DNA of 64,000 nt. Origin: Tubulanus polymorphus. Its lineage: Eukaryota > Animalia > Nemertea. Below, one piece after another: positions 1-12,986 of the stretch. The position numbers and the translations under genes are program-made. Each line of letters opens with the position of its first letter. The stretch's first letter is position 1. The DNA lies in contig NC_134029.1 of NCBI RefSeq assembly GCF_964204645.1, positions 7,838,850-7,902,849 on the forward strand, given 5' to 3'. The notes beneath the pieces are model-generated. The model saw nothing but the letters and a program-made list of their open reading frames with translations. It had not been told where the DNA came from and searched no databases.

Positions 1-2678
1 ACTTTTCAGACACCAAACGTATTGAGGAAGAATGTGCAACCATTTCGGAAATTAACGTGTGCTCAGAGAAGCTTTAGTTGTCCTAGCTACGTGTATTTAA
101 CGTATCGACCACAGTTTGATTTCCTTGCCACACGATGGAGATACACAGTTCGATTTCTCTAACCAGGCAACACACACAACGTAAATATATCATACATAGT
201 TGAAGCTTGGTATTTATCGCCAGACAAGAGCTGCCCGGATTATAAAGTAAACCGTAATTAAGTTATTCGGCTAACTGAAGTTTGAGACTGATTACGAAAC
301 GTGTATAGGTTTATAACCGCCGAATAAGGTGAAACATATAAGAAAATATTCGATGAACTCCCATTGCCTTCAGAAATTTCAACAATTTTGGCTGATTGGC
401 ATACGATATTTGACAGGCCCGGTTGACGTCAACAGACATTACACTGATCAAGACCATTCCCATAAATCTCAACAAGTTTGAACTGAAATTGCTCCCAATC
501 AAAATGCAGTAGGACCGGAAGTTTGTGACGAAGTGATTAGTCTCGGCAATTCGTTGTTTGGATAATCATCAAAAATAGATTTAATAAGAATATTCCACGC
601 AGATTTTGATATGAGGTTTATTTCGATTCAAATAGTGGCTGATAGATATAGGCGGTGTAATGCGTATTCGAAGAGTTATCGGCATGGAATTTGTTCCGTT
701 GGAAAAAGTCGCAATAGTTCTTTCTCCCACACGATCGATGCGATAAAGGGCTTTTTAAAAGCCGAGCAGAACGAGCGAAAGAAGACACGAACACTCCAGC
801 GCATGTTTAAGATTCCGCCCTTCGAGCTAAAATTGAATATTCATAGAACTTCTCGCGACGACTACGATTCCGACGACGCTGTGACAGAAATCTTTTCCTT
901 GAGTTTATGTAGCTATTGGGGAATTGCGAATACAGTTTTGAGGATTTTGGTATTTGTTTGACATCTGTGCATTATATATAGGCTTATCTAGAAGTTGAAA
1001 ACGATTTATCTCAATAGCTGAACATCCACCCCCGGGTTGGGATTAGGCTATTAGCAACGAAAACCGGTTAAATTCTTCAAGTAGCTGCTGAATAGAATGA
1101 TGGTAACAGTCATAACCTGTTAATAAACCTGGCATCGAGATTGCGCAAAATTACTCCAAATTTAGAAAACTCATCCAAAATCAGCTTTTCGCCAAAGAAT
1201 CGAAAAGCGAAACGATGATAAATGAAGTAAAAGATGTCAGCTCGGGTATTTCAGGTGAATAAGTAGCTTTCGCGAGCCGCTGCGAAACAAAATGATGATT
1301 AATGATCTACACCTAAGAAACGATATTAATTACAGTAATTAATATCCTCGCGAACGAATATGCTGGGAAGAATTGAACACGAATTAACTTGACGAAGATT
1401 ATAAACCCGTGCTGTTCGCGAACGCGCATGTCAAACCCATGAAACTAATCACGCGACTTTCATAATACAAATGGCGCTTATCCTATTAGGCCTATATTGT
1501 AGTGAAAGGATTACCGTGTGTGGTACTCGCAGTTGGACTGGTTGTCGTGCGTGCTTCGTGACGGCAACTCTACAAGAATGTACAGTAGGCCTAGTCTACA
1601 GCCGAGAGAACTACCGGTACGAACAGGTGATCTGAACGACGAAAGAACGCCAGTCACGAAATATAAAATCGTTGTATCTTTCATGATTATTACCCCGTCC
1701 TCCCTCGGCAAGCATTCGAACATGATACAGAGTATATCGATGTCATTGCAGGATTTGAATCCCTACTGAGAGACAACGGGTTATGCCTTGAACAACCCAC
1801 TACATCAAATTATGTTTTCGGTATGCTTTCTTCTATGTGTGTTTTGCGGGATTAAATGTATCATATTGATTGAAATGTTATTTATCAAAAACGATGGCCT
1901 CTGGCAATCGAACTTCGTAGATAAAGCCGTTCCGCGAGGTGATAGGTATGGCATATATCCCCGCATTTGCCACATAAAATAAGAAATTCGCACACCACGA
2001 GTCAGTGAGTAGGAATGAGCGACGTGTTTTGATGAGTATGCGTAGCCTAACGAGCGGAGAGAGAAAGTCGTCTAGGGCACGATCCTGGCGCTTTACAATG
2101 ACTAAGATTTATTAATGTTAACGATTCGGTCGTTAAGACGGTGTCAGACAGAATCGGAGAACCGAGGAATTGCTGGCGACGTGCTGGCCGATTAACGGTC
2201 CTTATTCTCGCAGGCACGACAAAACTTCGAAATGAAATTTAAAAATGTCGCTGATGCAGATTCCAAAATCCATTTCATCGTTATCGTCCACCGCTAAATA
2301 GGCCTCAGAGTGTAACATGAACAGAAATATTTCTCGCCTTTTTCCACTATATGGCTATAATGATGCCCTTAACGGTCACACCCTTGTTATTTATTTTGAG
2401 CAATGCGCGTGTTTGATGAGTTTGATCAGGGGTGCTGTTTGTGGCATTGATTGGCGAGGAAGGAACGCGATAGAACTATAGCGACGATTGTGTAGGCTTA
2501 CGTACGCAGAGAGAGATAAGAGAAAATGTCAACTGCGTACAATCTGGTACTGATTGCACAGAGTGTGTCCCATGTTTTATGGTGATGATAAAGTCACGCC
2601 ATGAATATGCAGACACAGGGCATATGTTACAACATGACTGACGAGCATAGTTAGAATAGTGATCTATTGTCAGTCAAC

Positions 2679-2921
2679 ATGGCAGTCACGGTGATGATAG
2701 TCACGGTTACAGCGATAGCCTTCGCCGTAGCCGTTATAATACCGTTATTTATACCTAAAGGGCCGAACAAAGAGGTGATCCAAGTTATGATAAGCATGTC
2801 GGCTGTGTCGGTGTATCTGTACTGGATATGCACGGTTCTACACCAATTAAACCCGTTGATAGGCCCGCAGTTAGATGCCAAAAATATGTACATTTTGCAG
2901 AAGCTCTGGACGTCCAACTGA
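2679..2921 (+). CDS. ATP6V0E: V-type proton ATPase V0 subunit e, intronless (probable retrogene), nested antisense in the HCN intron
   Basis: 80-aa ORF from ATG 2679 with two hydrophobic helices and the family motifs 'PKGPNKEVIQ' and 'YLYWICTVLHQLNPLIGPQL'. No introns in the CDS. Confidence 0.88.
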   Translation: MAVTVMIVTVTAIAFAVAVIIPLFIPKGPNKEVIQVMISMSAVSVYLYWICTVLHQLNPLIGPQLDAKNMYILQKLWTSN

Positions 2922-4793
2922 ATGCTGAATGTGTACATTAGCCTATACCACAGACATGCGGATTATTCGGTTAAAATGATGAACATACATTTTATTTGCA
3001 AAAAAGGACTAGGTTTATGTAGCTTTTGTTGAGTATGTGCACATATATCAAAGGAATAGTATTACAGAAGCGGTCGATGATGTCTATAGCGCGTTTGAAC
3101 CTGCGGGGAAGAAATTAACAACGGCTTCAGTCAAAACGACACTGCAACGAAAAATGTATGTTAAACGGTCTGAAAAGCTTGTCTCCGTCGTTTACATGGC
3201 TGACATCAACGAGTTTTACCAACGAGACTACCTAACGTCACCGAGTCGTTATTCTTTGTATCGACATCTATCGATGAAACCTATTAGAGGAATTTATGTG
3301 CATGTATGCGAGAAGATCGTTACGCAAATTAGACATTGTACATCACAAGATACAGTCGGTCTACACGTAGACCGATGGTGTTAGTATGTGTATACCTGGA
3401 AATTTATCATACCACCGGAACTCCAAGCTCTGGGAGTAAACTTATACTTAGTTTTATTGTTTATCAGATTTATATAAAATAGGGAGGCCTATTAGGCTTA
3501 AGTTACTAAATAGACATATTCATCGAAATTATTTTGATTAACCCTAACTGATCACCCAACCGAATAAAATGACGTAAGCGTTTTCTAAAAATGGCGGACC
3601 TTCGTTGACGTAATGATATTTTGTATGACGTTATCATTCGGTTTCTAAGGCGTTAACATCACGTATCGTCTATTATCACGTGTACGTATTCTATATATTC
3701 TACTTCTGGATATAGTTCGTGTCATTATATCGTCGAAATAATTCATAGATTTTTATTGTATATATATATTTACATACGTATACCATATGAATATGCCAAG
3801 ATCGATGTTATAGACGCGTTGTATAGTCATAGAAAATCTGCTCGTATCACAATATACATTAATCAGCATCGTCTGCAAGCACCATTATTTGACAAGTTCT
3901 CTATTGCAACATTTGATCGAAGAGCCACAACAAAATCAACATGAACTGTAATAAGCTGAGGATCATACTGCGAAAGCAGACGCACATACATAGGCTACAT
4001 ATCGATTCCCAATCGTATGATTTTGTTTTCATTTGTGTAATGAGGGCATGAGATTTCAAATTCTCAAAATGTCATCAGCGATTAGGGTTAACCGCGTGTA
4101 TATGGTGAAAATACGCAATTCGTTGGTTTTATCTCTCTGCAAGTCTGTCGCGTCGATACCGCAGTGGCGCGTCGTATGATATTTTCACGGCGACTGCCTC
4201 GATATCAGACGGGGACAGTCCGTGTCCCGATTCCGAATTGACGACTATTTTCGGCTCAATGATGGATCAGTAGAAACCACGGGAGAGCGTGGTCTCTTTT
4301 AGGTAATATTTACACGATCGCCTAGGGAGTTGATAAGTGTAAGACACATTAATCATTGCGCTTGTTTGGCGATTAGATATTACCTGAACATATGACCTAC
4401 GGGACAAAACTGGACTTACAAAGTGCGCTATTTATGGCCACATTCGGTCAAGTTTTGGTGGTCACTTCCGGTCACATATGAAAGCTTGATATCAAAATAT
4501 ATCAGCTGCTTGCTGTGCCTATCCTGCAATTTTACATCTTCATTGCCTAGTATTCAAACACATGGTTATTGAGTTCATTTATCATAGACTTTTGCATATT
4601 TAAATCGGAATGAAATAGGCCTACACATTCCACTACAAATTAACGCATTCCTTTAGGATTTAATCTTATAATTGGAAATCGGAGCAGCAATAGGATAGCC
4701 AAACCAACAACACAGTACCTCGGCACGGAAACTACACGATAAGATACAAAACACGCAGGCCTGAGCCATTTTCCTTATTACTTGGAGCTATTA

Positions 4794-4813
4794 CCCCCCC
4801 CCCCCCCCCCCCC
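4794..4813. repeat. poly-C homopolymer (20 nt)
   Basis: Direct run of C. Confidence 0.95.
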
Positions 4814-5456
4814 AATTCTGCAAAAGTCAGCAAATTATAAAACAAATTTTTTTTTGGTCCTACGCGTTTTCATCACAATTTTTCAACAATGTTTCTTGTT
4901 ATACTCGTCTTGATTTTTAATCAGGCGTAAAAGTTATGTTCATCGTCATTTTCAATCTCGTGATTTGCAAAAAAGTTAGTTTTTTTTTTCATTTCACCCA
5001 TCAATTCAATAAAGTTCATCACTCCTTTTTTACTTTTTAAACTTCCGAGGTTTTATGTGGAAAATACGCAATTAAGACAAGAAAAAAATTATTTTCATCT
5101 TTTTTCCTTCCATTTAGAAACGCCTATTATGAAATTTTCCCCTTCGCCCTTTTCATATTTTCTTGAAAAAGATTCATATTCCCAAGTAATTGATTATTCA
5201 ATTCTGAGGTTGTGTGATAAACAGCAATATAAAAAGAACTTCATTACTCAAAAAAGACTTTGATTCTAGCTTTTCAAGTCAGTCGCCACTGCCGCGTCGC
5301 TGCCGCTACATCGGCATTGCTGACGTCATTTCTGGGTTGCGTTAATCTCGGTGTCAACTTTACGATCCCCTTTAATGACCAGCAGGCAGAACAACGGTCT
5401 ACGATGGCTCATGTCGGTAATAGTGATTTATGGATGACACGCACACATCTACGCAA

Positions 5457-5457
<1 letters not shown>

Positions 5458-5519
<62 letters not shown>
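5458..5519. repeat. (CA)n microsatellite
   Basis: About 31 perfect CA units. Confidence 0.97.
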
Positions 5520-5525
<6 letters not shown>

Positions 5526-8038
5526 CGCCCGGCATCGGCGGTGGCTTCTCGACGCACACGTAAAATAACATGTTTCCTAGGAACTAAAAGAAACCTAAAC
5601 GATGATTCATGACGGGAAATAACATCGTGTTCGCGACTTCTTCCATTAGGTCCTATCTTATTAGTAGCAACCGCAATCACAAGGTCAATCCCTTTCCCGT
5701 AAGGAAACTAATAAGCAATTCCTATACACCCCACACGAAGTGTTCAGCACGTATTCGGCAAGCATTTCTTTCAAAGTAACCGTATCGAAACCTTATCCAC
5801 GAAAGCTGACCATGTAGACCTGTTAAGTTGTCCAACATTTTTACGTTACGTTTTTATAGTAAATTCATAGATATAGACGTAAGGTCTGAGCAAAAAAGAA
5901 AAAGAACAAAAAAAAAAGATTTAAAAAGCCATTAAATTCTTCAGACCAAATCGAATCAAATGTTCGGTCATTTGGAAATCAATAGCTAAGGCTATAAGCG
6001 ACCAACTCATCAAATCTCAATTCAAATTATATTGCAATTTAGACTACTATTAGGCCTAATGCGAATGACAAAACAAATGCACGGTCACAAAAAAAATCCA
6101 ATAGGTATACCAGAGACTTCAAATTCAATGTCGTTTAACTATAAACCAGATGCACCAGTTCCAAACCAAAAACTAGAGGTCAGTAACACTGTCTTTTAAG
6201 TGAAGATCAGATGACTAGAAATTCAAAAATGTTTAAAAAAGTCAACTGCCATATTCTAGTTAATCCGAAGTTTCGGTGATGAATCGAAATGAAAAATTCC
6301 ATCACACGGCAAGAGACCTAAAAATAAAGACAATTTACGCGAATTAGGCTTTTGATTAGCGATTCTTACATGGGTAAGAAATTCAAAACTTTCTCGGTAA
6401 ATGCCTACAAAGCTAAAAAGCCAAAAATCCTAAACCAGATTCATCAGACCATCAGCAAATGTATCTCTCTACACTTGTATCATATTTTCCGATGGATTAA
6501 TAACTCGCTGTAGCTGAAAGCTTCTTAAATAAACCGAACCCTGAAGCAAATGGAGACAGTTTTTTCCCCAAGCTTGATGCCGACAAGCTGAAATAACAGA
6601 CCGTTCTCCCATTTCTTTCTTATTGTGGGGCAATTTTCCAGATATAATTCATTATACGATCATAAAAACTGTATCATCGTCGAGTTTACCTTCATTCCTG
6701 GCATTTTCCTACTCATTTCTCAATAAAGACCGATAGCTCTGCATATTACCGTTTGATTGCAAAGGAACACATTATCATTGTTTTATAGCTATACGATCTA
6801 TTGCGCACAGGAAACCAAACGCACGTTTTTTTTTTTGCTTTATGAAAGTACAGTTGTCCACAAAATCGAGTGTAAATTCCTAATAAAATAAGTTTGTTTC
6901 TTCACAGAGCGTGTAAGCCTACATCGCTAAGCATATGCCTAAATGATCTTAACATATAGGCCTATGGCACCTTAGGTAAGGTTTATTTTCCATATGGAAA
7001 GACGTAATCTCAAAGGAAAAAACCTGACTTTAATACCCAGGAAAAAGATTGTTTCAAATGTCGATTTCTTCTCATCGCAAATAAGCTTTTCTTTCGCTTA
7101 TTTTGAAAGCACCAATTTCATACACATGATTAGAAAACGACAGCCATTTATTTCACTCTACCAACGAATTCGGGGAGTGACTCCGGGAATACGGGAATCC
7201 AAATACAGATACAAGGACGTCGACAGTTTTTAATCAATCGACCTTTCCCGAGTCCAATATAGATGACCATGTTGGATTTTCTACTCGATAAGTCAGAAAA
7301 TCTGTTTTTCTTAAAATCACATTTCGAAATGAAACTAAGCACTTCTCTGGGTTGAATTAAAATCTCTCTGTTTCGGCGTAGTCGTAAACCTTTTTTCTAA
7401 TTCGGAAACAGACGCTAGTCTAATAGAACGAATGACAGTGATAGATGGTTCCAATGCTCCCAACTAGAAATTGGCAAGTTTATCTCTTATTACGGCTACT
7501 GAAATTATGTGTCGCCGTGTTCGAGGGATAAAAGTATACACGGCGGTCAGCGGCCGCAACGTGAATACAAAAGATAATACAAAATGTATTACTGGTTGCC
7601 GTCTTTATGATGGTAATCATGATTAATTGAAAAGCGTGCATCTCGTCAAGAAATCAAATGAAGCTAAATTATTAACGGTAGACCGTTGGCAAAGCGTGCG
7701 ACAGTCAGCATTCAATAGATGGCAAATTGATATAAAGTCCTAGATGTGCCACACCTGATTTGATGATAAAACCGAGTTATTATTCGAAAATGTCCTCGTC
7801 TAATTAGATAGAACGTCTCGGTACTAAATGCCCAAGCTCTCTCTCGTGACATACAGTCAGTTAACGATCAATTTCCCGAGGAGCTGTAGGCCTACTTAAC
7901 TTCGCCGATTCAGAAACGATCTTAAAAAATGCCAACTGATATAGGAATTTTTACACGCCCAACATTTCTGCGTACAGAAAATGCATCATATTATAAGCGT
8001 TAGAAGATATGCAAGTATTACTGAAGTGATATACTTAC

Positions 8039-8960
8039 CTAAAATTACTGCACGGATGTATCACCCAGTTTCCCGCAGCTTGTTGCCTTCTTTTCTCTTT
8101 CATTAATGCATTTTTGTTCCCGAATAATTTCATTGCTAATTTATTATCCGAAGGTTGAAATAAGGCAGTTATTTGTTCTCTGAGAAAATTCGTCGTTGAG
8201 ATGCCACCGGATTTTTGGTCGCCACCGGGTAGATCCTCCTTCGGAGTCCCGTACAGACTGCCCGTGTCGTCGCCAGAAAATTGAACTTTTGAGTCCACTT
8301 TCTTGTAATTTTTTTCTGGACTAATGTAATCACTAACGATTGATTCGTTTTCACTGCAAGTATCGTCCATCGTTATGGTTATTGCTGGTGCCAAACGCCG
8401 TCGGCGTTCGGCAAGAGTAGGCGTCGAACCGCAGGTCGGTCTTGCCCGAAGAGAACCGAACCTGTGATTGAAGTTTTTACTTAACTTTAGGCTCGGAAAT
8501 CTTCTCGTTAATTTTGGAAGCGGTGACCATTGTGTCGAACTGTCCTGTCTGTGAAAACGTGCTTGATTTGGAAGAGGAGCAATTGGGTTTGAGTTTTCTT
8601 TAGTGTTTAAGCTATCTAGTGAATTGGTTTTGACACGTCCATCTTGCATATCTTGACTGACAACCGCGTCATAATCCGGAAGGCCGTCCGTTTCTTTAAT
8701 GGTTTTTTCAGGAGATATTCGGGCTGCTTTTTCCGGTGAACTCCTATGAGAATCGCCATTGACATTAGGTGGTGATTGGTTTGTGTTTGGAGTTGATTCT
8801 GCTGTACTATACGTCCCGATTGATGCATTGTTCGGTAATGTATTTGACTTCAAACTTCCCTCGGATTGCTCACGAATCTGAGACGGTAAGTCAACATTAT
8901 CAACTGAAGCTTCGTCGTCGGCCATGTCCAAAATAAATTCTTCGCTGTCAGTATCAGAAG
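8039..8960 (-). CDS. HCN: HCN/Ih channel, large N-terminal coding exon (gene continues beyond the left edge)
   Basis: Ends with the HCN-domain motif 'FQPSDNKLAMKLFGNKNALMKEKRRQQAAGNWVIHPCSNFR' followed by donor AG|gtaagt; acceptor ttttccttccag at 8961. The expected next exon (FYWD...) was not found in 1-8038. Confidence 0.9.
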
Positions 8961-9964
8961 CTGGAAGGAAAACGATCAAATATTATATGAAAATCAGAAT
9001 GGTCGAAAGCATACCTGCATATATGATTTTAAAAACATCAATGCGACGATTGCAACGTAAATCAATGAGTAGCCAAACGGACGAACATGCAAAGCACAAT
9101 TCACAAAAATATTCAAAATATTGCATCAACATCCGGATATTGTTGAATATTGTCATGGGGACACTTCAGTCCCTCCAGTAAACCCACCATTGGTTTGAGA
9201 GATGTCCCGCTGGTCGAGAAGTTCAAAATCATTCCACACGAATGTGGCTGATGGACGTCCATCTCACCAGCCGACGAGATCAATTTTGACTACATTATCG
9301 CAAACCAATCAATGAGCAATCGTCTCAAAGGAAAAACTATGCGGCGATGATTTGAATAAAGTATATTTATGTCGGTGGGCAGTGACGGCGATGCCAATAA
9401 CAGCTGTTCGCCATTTTTATGCGCATACATTTCATAAGATGAGCCTCACTAGACGGGATCAATCTGTCAGACCAGCAGGCAAAAACTGGTGCCATTATCT
9501 TACCTCGCAGTCCAACATCCACAGTGAACGAATACTGACGTTTCGGTCCATGCATGATCGGCTCTTCGAGAATGCTACCAACGTTGTTTTCAATTCTTCT
9601 GGCCATTTTTATTTTTGATTTCTACGCCTCTAAAGTAATGGCAACTAGCTCTAGTGAAAACAAAGTCTAATCATGCTGTTAGGGTAAGCCCAAAGCAGTT
9701 CCATTTGCGTCTACAGTCTCATTATGCTAAAATAAATGATTTCTTTTCATTATGCATTTTATACTAAATTTCTAACTTATTTTGAGCAAGCTGAGCGAAG
9801 CTGAGCTTCATTTATAAATGAAATACAATGACACTATCTTTCGTTAACGCAATTCGATTCTAATACATCGACAGACGTGTTTCATTCATGTTTTAATCAA
9901 CCTTGAAAGCGGATCCGTTTCGTATATTCTAACATTCACACATCAAACACCAAAACAAACATAC

Positions 9965-10046
9965 CTGCATCAAAGAAATATCCCTCACTGAATTTTTGAT
10001 TCGGATAACCATTTTGGCGTTCGGTCTTCGGAATATCCATGTACAT
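9965..10046 (-). CDS. HCN: Probable first coding exon of HCN (MYMDIPKTERQNGYPNQKFSEGYFFDA)
   Basis: ATG preceded by an in-frame TAG. Ends GCA G|gtatgt (phase 1) and joins in frame to the phase-1 acceptor at 8960. Confidence 0.55.
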
Positions 10047-10912
10047 AGCGGTATTTGCTTCAGAATGTGCGTGGAGCGACTACGCACTGGCAGCTCTCAT
10101 CCTGTTAGCCATGATTATCTATCTATTGAACACCGGCGTATCGATACAGCCGTAAGTGCCGCGCTCGAACGGAAGTCGTCTTGTGCAACCAGTCTAAAAC
10201 CGAACGAACAATATCGTACACGTACGCGATTCTATATAGTTGCGTTGGCCGCCTAGAATGATGATGGTCCCCTCACGGCTCCGAGAAGCTGGTCCGATTT
10301 CCGACGTCCCGAATAGATGCATGACCGTCGCATGTCGGATGATGTATTAGCTGGTATAATCTGATTTCTGCGCACGATGTTGTTACTAGCTGACTGGAAG
10401 AGACGATGAGTCCTTCGCAGATTCCCTGCTCCGTCGGTGTAAATCAAATTCCTCTCAGATGCCGAGTGAAGACGTCCACAGCAGTAACATTAAGAGATGC
10501 GTCTACCTGTCAGTGGTATGCGAATAATCTACACGACAGCTTCGACTGACAGATTCCTCTGACTCAACAACCAGCAACATGTTTCATTTTGACGCCCTTT
10601 TCCAATGGAAATTCGATCATTCAGTTTGACTTTAGGCTCGTCGCGCAAATGAATAGCTTCAATGACATCGCATCTTTTGAATAATTCAACCTCCGCAGTG
10701 ACGGAAAAGTGTGTAATTTATTGACGTCCCTTGTTAATAGCGTTTATCTTTGATATCATCGATGATATCAAAGACGCACCCGTCGTAACAGATTAAGGAT
10801 AGGCCTATGTTCTTCAAAAACGCGATCGCACAAATCTGGATAACAGCAACTGATTTTTAGCGTTTCCCAACAATTGAATGCCTGGGATTTATGAGATTGA
10901 TGGGTATATGTT

Positions 10913-11367
10913 ATGGTGTCTGATAAGGGCCAGAGCGTAAAATCTCTGGTATACAATGAGGGCGCCAGAACGCCAGAACGCCAAAACGAAAAAAAACATC
11001 CAATTATCTCTGAAAGTCTGTTTTGGCGCGCCAAAACAAAAGAATATTCCGTTTTGGTGCCCCCGCCGAAACGAACTTTCATTTTGGCGCCCCCGCCAAA
11101 ATAAGCATTCACCCACTGTGAAATAATTTTTCAATTTGGCGCGTTGATCCTGTGTTTAATTTGCATAAATTTGCATATATAGAATTATTTTACGTGGTTG
11201 AAGGTTCGTTTTGGCGGGTGTGCCAAAACGGAATATTCTTTTTTTGGCCCACCAAATCGGACTTTCTGAGAAAATTTGACGTTTTTTTTTCGTTTTGCTG
11301 TTCTGGCGTTCTGGCGCCCTCATTTGCATACCAGGAAATTTACGCTATGGCCCTTATCAGCCACCAT
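10913..11367. mobile_element. MITE with ~170-bp imperfect TIRs (ATGGTGGCTGAT-type terminus)
   Basis: Left atggtgtctgataagggccagagcgtaaaatctctggtatacaatgagggcgccagaacgccagaac mirrors right gttctggcgttctggcgccctcatttgcataccaggaaatttacgctatggcccttatcagccaccat. Confidence 0.85.
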
Positions 11368-11374
11368 GTAGATA

Positions 11375-11740
11375 ATGTGTTGTTAATTTTTGACCAGAAC
11401 AATTATACATACCAGGTACAAATGATTAACTTGTTGATTGTTATAATTGCGGTACAGATCCCAATAATGCCTGGGATTTGTGTGTGCTGAATAGGTAATG
11501 GGAGATTTGATGATGTTAATTTTCTAACAGACAATTATATACATATTACCATACACATGACTCTGATAATTGCGGCAAGCAGTTTCCAACAATGCCTGGG
11601 AGTTGATGCCCAATAATAGGTAATGGGCGATTTGTTGTTAATTTTCGAACGGAAAATAATCATACAATCAAAAACATGATTACATCGATGATAAATTGCG
11701 GTAAAAATAGCTCCCAAAAAAGCCAGAGATTTGTTTGCTA
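11375..11740. repeat. Degenerate ~125-bp tandem repeat (about 3 units; a further partial unit near 10860-10905, left of the MITE)
   Basis: Recurring blocks 'ataattgcgg...ccaa(t/c)aatgcctggga...aataggtaatggg.gatttg.tg..ttaatttt'. Confidence 0.6.
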
Positions 11741-12878
11741 AGGTGATTCATCTACACACGGGTGCAATTTAAAATTATCACAAATTGAATAGTTTTGTTT
11801 AAAATAGGAATATAGATAATCATATAAAAAGGAAGGGGTTATATATTAAGGAATGCTTAAAGTTTCTGGTGGTTTTGTCCATAACTAGATTGCTAATGTC
11901 GTTTTTCTATGAGTGTTTTCGTCGCCAAGGCAGCCTGTCTTGTTACACTCTTTCGTCTTTTGGAACTATGTTTCTTCTACCAGATTTATTTACTATATTC
12001 TCATTGGGTGTATAAACTAGGGTCATATTATATGTCCATGCAACACCTAAATCTGCTACGACCCGGCTCTGGTTCTGGCTTGCATTCCCTCCATCGGCTC
12101 AACTTGAGTTAATGCCAATATCATAATCACTACGTGTCCATGTCATATCGGGTGACTCGCGATATGTCACTGCCTTCCTAGTTTAGCTACGTTAGTTTTT
12201 TCTGTCCGTAATACATACATCTCCATCGCAACATGGAGGGTTACGTTGAATTGACGCATTATTATTGCAAAACGAATTATCAGGTTTTACCAGTTGGCCG
12301 ATATTTGTGATTCATATAGTGTCAATAAAATGCCAATCGTATCATTTTTATGATTCTCTTCGGTAACGGAGTTTACCGGTATTTAAAATCAAGCTATACC
12401 GCTTGTGAGCTTATTCGCACGATAAAACAAACATTTACAAATGCATCCGCGCTTGTAGTACACACCGACGTAGGGGTACCATCGTGTTTGTGCTGGAGTA
12501 ATCAATTCAATAGATTAATATCTGATTCATGAAAAAAATGTTTCTATAATTGAACTTTCTAATCACCAATGAGATGAAATTGTGATGATCGACAGTGATT
12601 TTTTTTCGCGCGTGTCTTCAACCCGAAGTCAATTTGAAATTTTTTACGTAAGTGTCCAGGGAAAAGGCTATTTCATATCAACGCTGAGCTTAGGTTAACT
12701 AGGGCCAATTATGCTGATGTGAGGTGAATTTGACTTATATCTGTTCATATTCAATTAAATGTATTCAGTTTTCTAATCTATTATCATATATTTATTATTC
12801 TTTATTCACGAATAAAATTTCATTGGAAAATTACAAAAATGATAACAAGATGATGTAATTCAAGTCGGTGGACACCAG

Positions 12879-12986
12879 GACCCAGTTCAACAGTTATGAG
12901 TTAGAGTGAACTCAGAGTTAAGATTAGTTAATTTTCAGTGAGTTAACTCTGAGTCAAATCTTAACACAGAACTGTGGAACTGGGTC
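12879..12986. mobile_element. Small palindromic MITE, PIF/Harbinger-like
   Basis: TIR gacccagttcaacagtt / aactgtggaactgggtc, internal palindrome aactcagagttaa / ttaactctgagt, and CAG 3-bp duplication on both sides. Confidence 0.7.

Noticed and set aside
311-1993. Short ORFs at the window start
   Set aside because: No recognisable domain, and no HCN S1 exon (FYWD) was found; treated as intronic.
5260-5680. ORFs with HTHTHT and VCVCVC tracts
   Set aside because: Artefacts of the (CA)n microsatellite.
10768-11490. Several overlapping 60-115 aa ORFs (similarly 17319-17730)
   Set aside because: They lie within palindromic MITEs and show no transposase or other protein motifs.
11375-11740. CRISPR-like repeat-spacer array
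   Set aside because: Eukaryotic context; the repeats are degenerate along the whole unit with no constant repeat and unique spacer pattern, and there are no cas genes.
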